Positions 31,107 through 40,683 of a stretch of 64,000 bases of DNA are shown piece by piece. The notes below the pieces were generated by a model, which was not told the origin of the DNA, made no database searches, and was given only the letters and a program-made list of their open reading frames with translations. Source of the DNA: a virus (Duplodnaviria; Caudoviricetes); IMG/VR virus record IMGVR_UViG_3300031760_000035, positions 10,959-74,958 of that record. One strand, written 5' to 3'. Position numbers and translations under genes: made by a program. The first letter of the stretch is position 1. The number at the start of each line of letters is the position of its first letter.

Positions 31107-31736
31107 CTACTTGCCGAAGATGTTGCGGATGACGCTGCGGCCAAGGTCATCGTTTCCGACGATAGGCTCGCTGCCGCCGAACTCAGGCTTGTCGCTGTAG
31201 TCAGCGCAGTCAGAGTCTCGATACTCGCGCTCGTCGCAGTCGGCCACGGCATCCATGACGCCATCAAGCTCTAGGGCGTCTGCCGTGACGTTGAGCATGT
31301 CGGCGATGATGCGGCAGTCGTTCGCGTCGCCGAGGAAGTTTGCGAGGAAGCTGATTACAGGCTCCCACGTGTCGATGCGCTCTCGGTTGTTGCTGGACTT
31401 GCGGAGCGCGCATGCCATGATGCCGAAGACTGGATCGAACGTGTCGCCGCCATGTGCCTTGGAAACGACCTTTGAGCCGTCGTTGAAGAAGACGATTGTG
31501 GCAGGGCCGTTGAGGATGACCTTCTCGGGAGCGGGCGCGGCATCAACAAGACCACGACGGCCCGCCCATGCGAACAGGGCATCGAAGAAGTCCTTGTCGG
31601 CGACGCCGACAGCCTCGGCCATGAACGTGGTCTTCACGCGCGCGCCAGCATCAAAGCAGCGGTTCATCGTTATGCTCTCGATGGGAGCGGGCAGCTCGCT
31701 GCATACGGTAACTTTCATTAGGCTCTCCCTCCCCAT
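31107..31736 (-). CDS. Hypothetical phage protein
   Basis: KVILNGPATIVFFNDGSKVVSK..GDTFDP. Confidence 0.6.
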   Translation of the reverse strand: MGRESLMKVTVCSELPAPIESITMNRCFDAGARVKTTFMAEAVGVADKDFFDALFAWAGRRGLVDAAPAPEKVILNGPATIVFFNDGSKVVSKAHGGDTFDPVFGIMACALRKSSNNRERIDTWEPVISFLANFLGDANDCRIIADMLNVTADALELDGVMDAVADCDEREYRDSDCADYSDKPEFGGSEPIVGNDDLGRSVIRNIFGK

Positions 31737-32221
31737 GCTGGCTGTCCCCAGCAGAGGTTCATGAACGCGAACAGCGTCAGTCGCAGCCAGTCGTACTCGC
31801 CGTCCCTCAGAAGGGCATCGACTCGCTTGACCACGCTCTCCGACACGTCCTCGTTCTCTATCAGCTTGTCTACGCCATGCAGCTTCATGAAGGTTGACTT
31901 CTGCATCCAGACCTCCATGCGCTGAATCGAGCGCCCTGGAAGGTTCACGAACAGAAGCCCGCCGTCCTGCATGGCGTTCTCGTTCTCTATGACGGTCTGG
32001 GCCTTGAAGTTCTCAAGCATGCCCTCGCTCGGGTAGCTCTTGCAGTGCTTCGACTCGCCAGTGAGCAGGAGGTCATCGACCTCTATGAGCAGGTCGCCAT
32101 GGTCATTGCTGCCATGCTGAACGACGCGCTCGCAGACCTTCCTTCCGGCCCAGTCGTTGAGCACGTCGCGGATCGCGGACTCTTGGCGCGTGCCTATGGC
32201 TTTAGGCTTCGTCTTTCCCAT
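31718..32221 (-). CDS. Putative Holliday junction resolvase (PD-(D/E)XK)
   Basis: KAIGTRQE...DHGDL...ESKH. Confidence 0.6.
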   Translation of the reverse strand: MGKTKPKAIGTRQESAIRDVLNDWAGRKVCERVVQHGSNDHGDLLIEVDDLLLTGESKHCKSYPSEGMLENFKAQTVIENENAMQDGGLLFVNLPGRSIQRMEVWMQKSTFMKLHGVDKLIENEDVSESVVKRVDALLRDGEYDWLRLTLFAFMNLCWGQPAWGGRA

Positions 32222-32558
32222 CCGGCACCACCATCCGCTTCTTGCCGTACGGCCCGACCTTCGTCTTTAGGCCGAGCTGCCTTGCCTTGACGCTGATGAC
32301 CTGGCGGCTCGGGTGGGTGGGCATCACGTCGGCTATGCCAGCCGCGCCCATCTCCATGTAGTTCTCCTTGAGGAACGCGATCTCCTTGTCGGTCCACGGG
32401 TGCCGCGCCCTCGGTATGCCGTTCTCGTCGGCTATGGCCTGCACAGTGTTCGGGCTTACGTGGAACTGCCGGGCAATCTGCGACCGCGTGAGCGTGCTCC
32501 TTTTAAGAAGCTCTACGATGCGCGTCCTCGTCCCAACGGAAAGCGGAGTCCTATGCAC
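32202..32558 (-). CDS. HTH DNA-binding protein
   Basis: RSQIARQFHVSPNTVQAI plus a WTDKEIAFLKENY repeat. Confidence 0.6.
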   Translation of the reverse strand: MHRTPLSVGTRTRIVELLKRSTLTRSQIARQFHVSPNTVQAIADENGIPRARHPWTDKEIAFLKENYMEMGAAGIADVMPTHPSRQVISVKARQLGLKTKVGPYGKKRMVVPDGKDEA

Positions 32559-32962
32559 CGCACACCTCCTTCTCCCCTATCGCGATAACGTCGATAACGC
32601 ACTCGTCGCCCTTGGTGCCGACTATGCACAGCGACGGCTCATCGTCGGCGCAGCTCACGAATACGCTCACGTAGTCGAGCTGGTCTGTCGAACGCACGAC
32701 CTCGACCAGCTCGCGCGCCATCTTGCGTATGACGCGCTCTGGCGATAGCGCCTGCCGGATTGTCGCTTTGGCGTGGTAGTTGTGGATTGCGTCGATTGCG
32801 GTCACGGGGATGCCATCGACCTTCGGCATGTTCACCGCTACCACCTCGCAATCTCTATGCCCTGCCCCGTCCAGTAGGCGAGGTTGCTGCTCTCGTCCTC
32901 GTAGTCGAGCGACCCGCACCATCCGAGCGCCGCAAGGTAGAGCAGCAGGATCACGAAGCCGA

Positions 32963-33229
32963 TCAGGAACGGCTTGACTTCGACGCCAGCCATCTCAGGT
33001 ACGAGCTTTCGGGAATCCTGCGGTACCTCACGCCTCCGTTTGGGCACACGGCTGTAAGCTCGCCGTTCTGGATAGCCCTCTCTAGGGTCGATTTGCTGAA
33101 ACCGCTCATCTTGACCAGCTCGGACACGAGGTAGTGCCGCTCGATTGCCGTGCCGCGAGTCCTCTCTGGGATGCGGTCTGCGCGAACGTACGTCACGCCG
33201 CATATGTCTAGCTCTGCGGGAAGTTCCAT
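32963..33229 (-). CDS. Excisionase-like HTH protein
   Basis: YLVSELVKMSGFSKSTLERAIQNGELTA...RRIPES. Confidence 0.7.
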   Translation of the reverse strand: MELPAELDICGVTYVRADRIPERTRGTAIERHYLVSELVKMSGFSKSTLERAIQNGELTAVCPNGGVRYRRIPESSYLRWLASKSSRS

Positions 33230-33234
33230 TCATG

Positions 33235-34020
33235 TCACACCCCATTTCATTGGTTCGTTTGCGTTTGTTAAAATGGGGAACCGTCTCGGCCTTCGCACAG
33301 TTGAGACGGTTCTAAGAGGGGCCTCCCAGTTGGCGCTGGAAGGCCCCGTATATTTGGTGCTGTCGAAGCGCCGCGAATGACGCGACGCCTCCCCTCACGT
33401 GTACGCACCCCATCGGCCAGCGGCAGGCCATGCACCCTTCTCTTGTAGCTGCACAGCACCCGCTTACGCTTTCGCGGACCGAGTAGTATCTTGATGCGTC
33501 TATGACGATGCGCTTCCTCCACGTGGCAGAGGTCGAACGAATCCCACGTTCGTGGCTGGCGGTATGTGCGGGCCTTGTTCCGCACGGATTAGCGTGGTTC
33601 ACCCATGGGGGCGCGCATTTGCCCCACGCCAGAGCCGACTGCTCCCCAGCCTTTGCCACACTCGGTAGTGACCACCAGGCTTGCGCCCTATGCTTTTGTA
33701 AGGTACGTGCCGGGTTTCCCCAGCGGTGAATCCACTCGAATCAGGTCACGGTATGTGTGCTTAATCGAAAGGAGGGAAATGCCTGTGGCGCAACCTTCCA
33801 TCCGCATTCCCGCCAGGAGTTGTAGCAGCGGTGCGGTAGCCGAGTGGACTCATCGCAAGGGAAGTGCCCCTCCCCCTCGTGACCGTGACTGACCCTCCAT
33901 GCAAGCCCAGCTTCTTTTTCTCGTTGGGTGGATGTGTAAGTCGTTTCCTGCTCGGCACATCCGAAGCGTTGAAGGTACTCGTCAACCAGTCACGGTCACG
34001 AGAGGGAGGGGGCGGAGTGG
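33235..34020 (-). other. About 790-nt probably non-coding, hairpin-rich leader between cro and xis
   Basis: No convincing gene; 24-bp inverted repeat at 33868-33891/33987-34010 and several small stems. Confidence 0.5.
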
Positions 34021-34021
34021 G

Positions 34022-34252
34022 CTAAGAGGTAGCTTCTGCGTGGTCAGTCCAGATGTACTTCTCTTCGCATCCCATAACGTCAGCAAGAACCATGATCTCG
34101 TCAAGAAGCCAAGGACGGTTGCCGTCCATCTTGTCGTAGAGCGAGCTGCGGCTAATCCCGATGCTGTTGGCGAGAGAGCTTCTGGTCGTGTTGCTCTCCG
34201 AGATGTACCGCTCTATGTTCTGCTTGATTATCTGGGTGGTGCTACGTGTCAT
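34022..34252 (-). CDS. Cro-like HTH regulator
   Basis: RSSLANSIGISRSSLYDKMDG; divergent from the repressor. Confidence 0.8.
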   Translation of the reverse strand: MTRSTTQIIKQNIERYISESNTTRSSLANSIGISRSSLYDKMDGNRPWLLDEIMVLADVMGCEEKYIWTDHAEATS

Positions 34253-34270
34253 GTCTACCCCTTCAATTTG

Positions 34271-34349
34271 TGTCCGCTACTTCGGACATACTTAGTATTG
34301 TCCTAACTATCGGACAATGCAAGAATATATTTGTCCAGATTCGCGGACA
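34271..34349. promoter_or_regulatory. Three 18-bp operators TGTCC-N8-GGACA (34271-34288, 34299-34316, 34332-34349)
   Basis: Three palindromes seen directly between the divergent cro and cI genes. Confidence 0.85.
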
Positions 34350-34363
34350 TTATGGAGGGTGAG

Positions 34364-34576
34364 ATGACATTCGGCGAAGTCGTATCTCTGTATCTCGAAG
34401 AGGTTGGAATGTCACAGTCTGAACTGGCTCGAAAGATGAATACTGGACGCCAGACGATCAACAGTATCATCATTGATGAAAGAAGGCGTGCCCCGAGGCT
34501 GGACACAGCAATGCAAATCGCAGACGCGCTCGGCGTTCCGCTGCAAGACATGATTGACAGAATGAAGTCTGAGTAG
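34364..34576 (+). CDS. CI-like XRE repressor (short, no peptidase domain)
   Basis: MSQSELARKMNTGRQTINSII..RLDTAMQIADALGV; GGAGG SD. Confidence 0.85.
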   Translation: MTFGEVVSLYLEEVGMSQSELARKMNTGRQTINSIIIDERRRAPRLDTAMQIADALGVPLQDMIDRMKSE

Positions 34577-34713
34577 TCGGCGAGACTCACCACAAAAGTG
34601 TATCGATCCCCCATGCGGCCACACGAGGGATCGAAGAGGGCTACACCACCACTTACTGGAAGGCGGGTGGCAAGCTATGGCACGCACGAAGCGCACTGAG
34701 GAGATGGTAGCAC

Positions 34714-35874
34714 ATGGCTAAGAGGCGACTGAGGGACGAGTGGGGTTCGATCACCGAGGTCAACCGCAACGAGAGGTACCGCATCCGCTATTGGGGCAAT
34801 GATGAGAACGGCACCTATCGGCGCATGACCTGCACCGTCCGTGGTACGCGACGGGACGCGGAGCGCAAGCGGGCCGAACTGATGCTCGAACACAGTGAGG
34901 AGGCGCAATGCGTCACCGTCGATTACGTCTGGAAGCACTGGTACCTTCCGACTCTTGAGCGGCGCTGCAAAGACGGCGAGATGTCCGACAAGACCGTGAG
35001 CCAGTACAAGAGCCGCTACAGCTCCGCAATATCCGAGAGGTGGGGGCAGGTGCCGTGTGACGGAATCAGGCCACTTGACGTGCAGCAGTGGCTCGACGGC
35101 ATCAGCTACACCAAGGCGAGCCAGTCGCTCAACATGCTCAGGCCGATGCTCGACTACGCCGTTAGATATGGCGAGATACCGTCCAACCCGTTCAGGGAGC
35201 GCTACCTGCTGCCATCGAAGTCAACGGTCAAGCACATGGACGATGGCGCATGGAAGCTCGGCGAACTGAACCAATTGTGGGAGCGTGTGCGCGGCGAGTG
35301 GTTCGAGGGTGCCTTTATCTGCGCGGCGTTTGGCGGGTGCCGTGTTGGCGAGTCGATTGGCATCCAGGTAGGCGACATAAAGCGCCTTGACGCTGACGGC
35401 CTGTGTGTTGCGGTTGTCAGGGTCGAGCGACAGGTGAAGAACGCCGGTGGCGTTTCCGAGCAGTTGAAGAACCCGCAAAGCAGGAGGCCAATCGTCATTG
35501 TCGGCAGACCAGCGGAACGACTCTGTGAGATTGCCAAGAGCGCACCGATCTGGGTTACTGGCGACGGATTCGGCGGGCCAACGACGCAGTTGAGGCTCGG
35601 AACATCATGGAAGAAGATGGCAGACCGACTGCCAGATGGGATGTGGCACCCGTTCAGGAACCTCAGAAACAGCTACCAGACGTTCATGCGCTGGGAGGTC
35701 GGCCTTGCGCCGCATTACATCGAGGAGCTGCTTGGTCACAGGGGAACGACGGTCACCGACAAGCACTATGACAGGCCGGACGAGAGCGCCATCGTTGGCG
35801 TCACCGTGGCGGCATGGGAGGCATACCTAAAGGCTTCACGAGCGCAAGAAAAGGCACCCTTCGGTGCACGTTAG
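34714..35874 (+). CDS. int: Tyrosine integrase
   Basis: GCRVGE, HPFRNLRNSY, LLGH, TDKHY; N-terminal arm-binding-like domain. Confidence 0.93.
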   Translation: MAKRRLRDEWGSITEVNRNERYRIRYWGNDENGTYRRMTCTVRGTRRDAERKRAELMLEHSEEAQCVTVDYVWKHWYLPTLERRCKDGEMSDKTVSQYKSRYSSAISERWGQVPCDGIRPLDVQQWLDGISYTKASQSLNMLRPMLDYAVRYGEIPSNPFRERYLLPSKSTVKHMDDGAWKLGELNQLWERVRGEWFEGAFICAAFGGCRVGESIGIQVGDIKRLDADGLCVAVVRVERQVKNAGGVSEQLKNPQSRRPIVIVGRPAERLCEIAKSAPIWVTGDGFGGPTTQLRLGTSWKKMADRLPDGMWHPFRNLRNSYQTFMRWEVGLAPHYIEELLGHRGTTVTDKHYDRPDESAIVGVTVAAWEAYLKASRAQEKAPFGAR

Positions 35875-35880
35875 CGCTTG

Positions 35881-36071
35881 TTTGGGATATTTTGGGATAC
35901 GACAGCCTTATGCAACTACTCTGACCTGCTGTTTTTTTGCAGCCATGTACTCGCTGTAGAACTATCAGATAGGGCTTGCAAGAACAGCTTAGGCCGTTTA
36001 CGTGCAGTTATTCATTCTCTAAGATTGCTAATGGTGTCTTAGATTGAGAAATAGGGATACGATAGGGATAC
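35881..36071. other. attP candidate with arm-type repeats
   Basis: Tandem TTTGGGATA(T/C) at 35881-35900 and tandem ATAGGGATAC at 36051-36071 flank an AT-rich stretch after int; core not identified. Confidence 0.6.
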
Positions 36072-36170
36072 GGCATTGGTTTAATGTTTTATGTGTGTTC
36101 ACGGATGCCGCACAGCTCGTCGCTGTAAAAGAGAGCATCCCGCCGATTTGACGGGATGCGATGGAGTGCA

Positions 36171-36246
36171 TGGCTGGACTGGCTGGGCTTGAACCAGCGA
36201 CACGGAGCTTAACGGGCACCTGCTCTGCCAACTGAGCTACAGTCCA
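36171..36246 (-). tRNA. tRNA-Asn(GTT)
   Basis: TGGACTG/CAGTCCA acceptor, GCTC/GAGC D-stem, loop CCGTTAA, TTCAAGC T-loop, encoded CCA; T:T mismatch in the anticodon stem. Confidence 0.9.
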
Positions 36247-36247
36247 A

Positions 36248-36321
36248 TGGCAGGTCTGGAAGGTAACGCTCCCTCGTCTTTGGCTTTGGAGGCCACTGCT
36301 CTGCTATTGAGCTACAGACCT
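36248..36321 (-). tRNA. tRNA-Trp(CCA), atypical
   Basis: AGGTCTG/CAGACCT acceptor, loop CTCCAAA, encoded CCA; G27:A43 mismatch, T-loop AGCGTTA, D-loop lacks GG. Confidence 0.75.
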
Positions 36322-36329
36322 AGCTTGCA

Positions 36330-36338
36330 ATTATAGCA
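36330..36338 (-). promoter_or_regulatory. Extended -10 promoter TGcTATAAT for the tRNA pair
   Basis: Ends 8 nt upstream of the tRNA-Trp 5' end; hairpin at about 36136-36159 downstream of the tRNAs. Confidence 0.7.
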
Positions 36339-36741
36339 TATCGTCTTACATTAAGTGATGGCACCCCCGCCATGCCTAGCAGAGGTGCCTGCACCAATGG
36401 CGCTTCCATGGATGGGCCGCATGCCAGTACGGGCAGGTGACCAGCGCCGTGGTAGACCGTTTCTGTCGGGCCGTCACCGCCGCTCTACTTTTCGGGGCAA
36501 AGTAGCCAAGCCCGACCCACCCGCCTATGGGTGCCGTGCGCACGGCGTCCAAGCCCCCAATGTGGCGTTCGGCGGATAGGAACCTTTTCACGGCGCACTC
36601 TGGCGGCAGCTACCCCGGCCAGCGTCCGACGCTGGGCCACGTCCATGGTACGCACCCTCACGGAACAATTGTACCATACGACGCGCGAAACGCCCCCTCC
36701 CCCGCGCAGGGGAAGGGGGCGCTGCTGTGTGGGTGGGGTGT

Positions 36742-37395
36742 CTACGCCTTCGCCTTCGCCACGATGGCCGCGACAAGGCTGCCGGGGATGATGTCGAACG
36801 CAAGGTGCTCGACGCCGCCGAAGCTGTTGTCCTGCGCGACGCTCTCGATGGCCCCCTGCTCGGTGGCGTTGCCGAAGTTGCTGATGATGTAGAGGTGCGG
36901 CACGCCGTTGCCGTACTCCGTGTACACGTTGTAGAACGGCTGCGCGCCGCTGACGTGCGCCGTGTAGCGGTCGCCACCGCCGTCGATGTTGCCGTAGTTG
37001 TACACTGGGGCGTCGTACTGGAAGGCGTAGGTCTTGTTGTAGATGGAGCTGGCGTTCTTCAGCTTGGTCACGACGGAGAGAAGCGCTGGATTGTCCGACA
37101 GGTCGGGGCTTCCCACGCCGCTGGGGATGTTGACGGGAATCTCGACGCGCGGGTACCACAAGCCGCTGTCCCCGCCCTTCTCATGGGGCACGAAGATGGC
37201 GTGCCAGTCGAGCGCCACGATGTCCTCGGCGCTGCCCTCGAAGTGAGCGAGCGAGAGCGCGGAGCTTGTGCCACCACCGCCCCCGCCAATGACGCTGCCG
37301 AGCGCGTTGACAGCCTCGGCGATGGTGCCGCTGCTCTTGCCCTCGTAGCCCTGTTCCTTGGCAATCGCCAGAATCTCGTCCTTCTTAGTTCCCAT
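36742..37395 (-). CDS. Hypothetical protein
   Basis: 218 codons, strong GC3 bias, followed by a GC hairpin at about 36691-36721. Confidence 0.65.
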   Translation of the reverse strand: MGTKKDEILAIAKEQGYEGKSSGTIAEAVNALGSVIGGGGGGTSSALSLAHFEGSAEDIVALDWHAIFVPHEKGGDSGLWYPRVEIPVNIPSGVGSPDLSDNPALLSVVTKLKNASSIYNKTYAFQYDAPVYNYGNIDGGGDRYTAHVSGAQPFYNVYTEYGNGVPHLYIISNFGNATEQGAIESVAQDNSFGGVEHLAFDIIPGSLVAAIVAKAKA

Positions 37396-37564
37396 AATCT
37401 TTTCGCCCTCCCCTTCGTCGGATGCGAAAGAGGGGCGAGGAGGGGCCGCATCGAGCGACCCTTCCTCGCACCAACTGTTGATGGTTGCCGTGGCGTTGTC
37501 CCGCGCCGCCACATGGCACGATTGGTTGTGCCACACCATACCCACGTGGGTGGTTGGAGTTCCT

Positions 37565-37939
37565 TTACCTGTGACCCGCGCAAAGCCCGTCGATACAGAC
37601 GGGTCTGCCCAGTGCCCTGCTTGCAGCGGCCACCGCCTCTATGGCATGGCCCTCCACGAGCTGCGCCGCCCACTCCTCGGTCGGCACCCAGGACTCCGTT
37701 GGAATCCAAGAGCGCAGCCGTCCGAGGAGGTTCCATGACAGCGTGATTGCGTGCGCTATCTCGTGCAGCATCACGCGGTCGAGCAGCGGCGGCATCACTG
37801 ACTCGTTGACGTGCACCGCCCTCGTCGCCGGGTCGGTCGTGGCTATCCTCTCCAAGCCCGTTCGGTCGGTGAGGTGCCTGTCGCCAGCGGGGACGCGGAG
37901 CACGCGCCAAAGCTCGCCGTTGATGACGAACGGCCTCAT
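37565..37939 (-). CDS. Zincin-like metallopeptidase domain protein
   Basis: LHEIAHA (HExxH) motif. Confidence 0.7.
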   Translation of the reverse strand: MRPFVINGELWRVLRVPAGDRHLTDRTGLERIATTDPATRAVHVNESVMPPLLDRVMLHEIAHAITLSWNLLGRLRSWIPTESWVPTEEWAAQLVEGHAIEAVAAASRALGRPVCIDGLCAGHR

Positions 37940-37940
37940 G

Positions 37941-38213
37941 CTACATGCCGAGCATCTGCCGCAGCTCGCGCTGCATCTTCTCGCGCTCCTCGGGCGTCGC
38001 GCTGCCCATGGCGTCTCGCAGACCTTGGAGGTCGTAGCCGTACCTGCCGTTGTCGTAGCCCATGTTGGACGGACGTGACGCATAGCGCCCATTGAAGCCG
38101 CCGAGCATGATGAACAGGAGGAGTCAGAGGATGCCGTTGTCACCTCCCAGCCCATTGCCGTCACGGGCACCACCTACGACGGTGGCAAGGTCGGACAGAC
38201 TGAAATCGTTCAA
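37941..38213 (-). pseudogene. Gly-rich membrane-segment protein with an in-frame TGA at 38124-38126
   Basis: MNDFSLSDLATVVGG..GGDNGIL*LLLFIMLGG; frame continues open to TAG at 37941. Confidence 0.6.
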
Positions 38214-38282
38214 TCGTACCCCTTCCGTTTTTTGCCTACGATCCGTATGTCGAGCGTCGGTGTGCACCCCGACGCGACATGC

Positions 38283-38940
38283 CTAGCGACCGAGCATCCG
38301 AAGGACGCTGGCGAGGTCGATGCCGTACTCGCGGTAGGCGTCCTCTACGGACTTGCCGCGATTGCGCTCCATGAACTGCTGGAACGTCATGTTGGAAACG
38401 TCAGTCGCCGCTTGGGCTGACTGGCCTCGCATGTGCTGCGGTTGGCGCTGCTGATACTGCTGGCTTGGCTGCTGGTACTGCTGCGGGAACTGGCTCATGA
38501 ACCCCATTGCCCTGCGCTCCAATCACTGCGTTCACCTTCGCGGCGAACTCATCGAACTCCTGCCTGCTGACGAACTAGGCACCGTCGATGCTGAAACCCT
38601 GGCTCTCGAAGTCAGGCTCGTACCTGAACCTCTCGGGGTTCCTCCTGCCGTCCTGCTCGATGCTCAGCGTGTAGAAGTGCCTGCCGTCGATGTCGAAAAG
38701 CGGCTCGCTGACGAAGCCAGGGACGAGCATGTTGGCCGGGTAGTGCATCAGGAACCTGTTCATGGCCTCCTGCAAGCCATCGACCTTGACGGAGTTCCAA
38801 GCCTGCTGTGGCGTCTGCGGCTGTGCCGCGACTGGCTGCGTGTTGGGCATGGGACTCGTGACGCTGTATCCCTGCGGAACCGTCTGCTGCATGTACGGGT
38901 TGTTCCACGTCGGCTGGTATGGCTGGTACTGGTATGGCAT
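38283..38940 (-). CDS. Two Gln/Pro-rich hypothetical proteins (38283-38522, 38575-38940)
   Basis: Low-complexity N-termini; resemble accessory genes seen near lysis modules of gut siphophages (recall, unverified). Confidence 0.6.
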
Positions 38941-39280
38941 CCGCTATCCCTTCTTCCTCTTGGGCGCGAACACATCGACCCTGTAAAAGCACTCGGGGCA
39001 CATGCGCTCGAACCAAACGCCGCCCTTCACCGTCCTGGTCGAGTGCTCGACCATCTGCATGAGCTGTCCGCACTTGGGACAAGGAACCTGACGCGCTACC
39101 ATGGGAAGGCCATCTTTTCAGCGACGAACGTAATCAGTCCTGTCATCGCCCAAACCGCAAGGAAGAACGCCGATGCCGTAAGCGCGAATGTCGCGAAAAA
39201 CGCAGCGACACCGCATGCGTCGTGCCAGCGGTCGTGCTGCTGCTTCGGCTGATCGTAGCGATGGTCGTAGTTGTGGTGCC

Positions 39281-40009
39281 TCATCCGACCACCCGACCAG
39301 TGTCGAGGTGGCCGAGACAGACGTAGCGACGCAGGCCGCTGGATGCGCCGACATAGGTTCCCCACGCGATGCCGTCTGCGAGAACCACGCCGTCGATGAC
39401 GCAGGTGCCGCCCTTTCCGTAGGCACCCACGATCCTGGACTTTACGCTCGGCCTCTCGCGGATGTTGACCCCATCGGGGAACTTGACCTTTGCCTGCACC
39501 GTGAACGCTCCCTCCTCCTGTGAGCCGTCCTTGTACCTGTAGATGTACGTCCAGGGCCGCAAAGCGCGCACCTCCACCTCACGGCCCGTCTGGTCGCCCC
39601 TGTTGGGGCCGCTGATGCCGCCGTACTCGTCGCCGTGCGCGTCGGCCTGCAATCCGCTGCCCAGCGCAACGCCCGTGTGGCCGCGAACCCAGAGCACGTC
39701 CCCGCGCCGCGCGGTGCCCTCGAAGGACAGGCGCGTGAAGCCCTGCGCGCGGAGCTTTTCATCTTCCGAGCCAGTCCAAAGGTGACCGATGGGTTTTTGA
39801 TAGTTGCCAGACATCGCTCCATTAACGCAAACACGCACCATCTCTGAACAATCGTAATCACCGCCATGAATAGCCACCTTCGAGCCATCAGAAAGGGTGA
39901 CGGACTCTGTGGTACCGTCACCCGATCGGTTGTTCTGGCTATATCCGTGAACGTTGTGCCTTGCGATGTGTTCAGCTATCTGCGCGATTCTCTCTGGAAT
40001 CGTCAGCAT
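39281..40009 (-). CDS. Endolysin (NlpC/P60-like Cys peptidase plus SH3b)
   Basis: GYSQ..DYDCS..GDVLW..GHT; C-terminal VNIRERPS..GAY SH3-like domain; lies downstream of holin. Confidence 0.8.
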   Translation of the reverse strand: MLTIPERIAQIAEHIARHNVHGYSQNNRSGDGTTESVTLSDGSKVAIHGGDYDCSEMVRVCVNGAMSGNYQKPIGHLWTGSEDEKLRAQGFTRLSFEGTARRGDVLWVRGHTGVALGSGLQADAHGDEYGGISGPNRGDQTGREVEVRALRPWTYIYRYKDGSQEEGAFTVQAKVKFPDGVNIRERPSVKSRIVGAYGKGGTCVIDGVVLADGIAWGTYVGASSGLRRYVCLGHLDTGRVVG

Positions 40010-40529
40010 ATGCGAACCTCCAACCCATACCATGATGGGAACGATAGCCTTTTTTATTTAGACAGACATTACTAACTGCCCCTGAATCGTGACCGTCCTC
40101 GACTACATCAGACGCACTTGCATACCATTTGATTGTTGCGCCAGTCTCTAGGTCGTAACTCTCGACTGGCTTGCTGCATGTGTAGCGCGTATTGTCATAT
40201 CCGCTCAAGTACTCTAGGTTGTCGATATGGTTGTTTGTCTTGTCCTCGTCTATGTGGTTAACCTGTAGGTCGCTTGGCCCGACAAACGCAAGCATTACAA
40301 GCCTGTGCACGCTTTCTTGCTTTGGCACGCCGTCCTTGTAAAGCGTGACCTTGAGGTAACCGTTTGGAGTTATGCGTGGCTTGAGCACCTTCCCAGAATA
40401 CATGCGCATTTTCCCGCGCTGCATTCTTGCTCTTGGAAGGCTCATTACGTTGCCGAAGCTGGATACGATGTAGGCGTTTTCGTAGCCGGGGATAACGCGC
40501 CACAATTCTTGCGCCATAGCTACCACCAT
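39972..40529 (-). CDS. NUMOD4-HNH homing endonuclease
   Basis: WRVIPGYENAYIVSSFGNV; VHRLVMLAF..VNHIDEDKTNNHIDNLE; AT-richer than its flanks. Confidence 0.92.
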   Translation of the reverse strand: MVVAMAQELWRVIPGYENAYIVSSFGNVMSLPRARMQRGKMRMYSGKVLKPRITPNGYLKVTLYKDGVPKQESVHRLVMLAFVGPSDLQVNHIDEDKTNNHIDNLEYLSGYDNTRYTCSKPVESYDLETGATIKWYASASDVVEDGHDSGAVSNVCLNKKGYRSHHGMGWRFAYADDSRENRADS

Positions 40530-40683
40530 CCCTAGTGGTCACAATCCCAATGTAGATGTTGGCAGGTCAGTGGGATTAATCTGACTTTTCGGCGGCCAAA
40601 CCTAGCCAACATCCATTTTAACATACTAGCAGGTAAATGACTGATTTTGCATTACGTTGTCGCGTCAATCAATAAACGGCACG

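Noticed and set aside
36171-36321. tRNAs as host attB/prophage boundary
   Set aside because: Phage-like genes continue on both sides and arm-type repeats flank 35881-36071, so the tRNAs appear phage-borne; att core not identified
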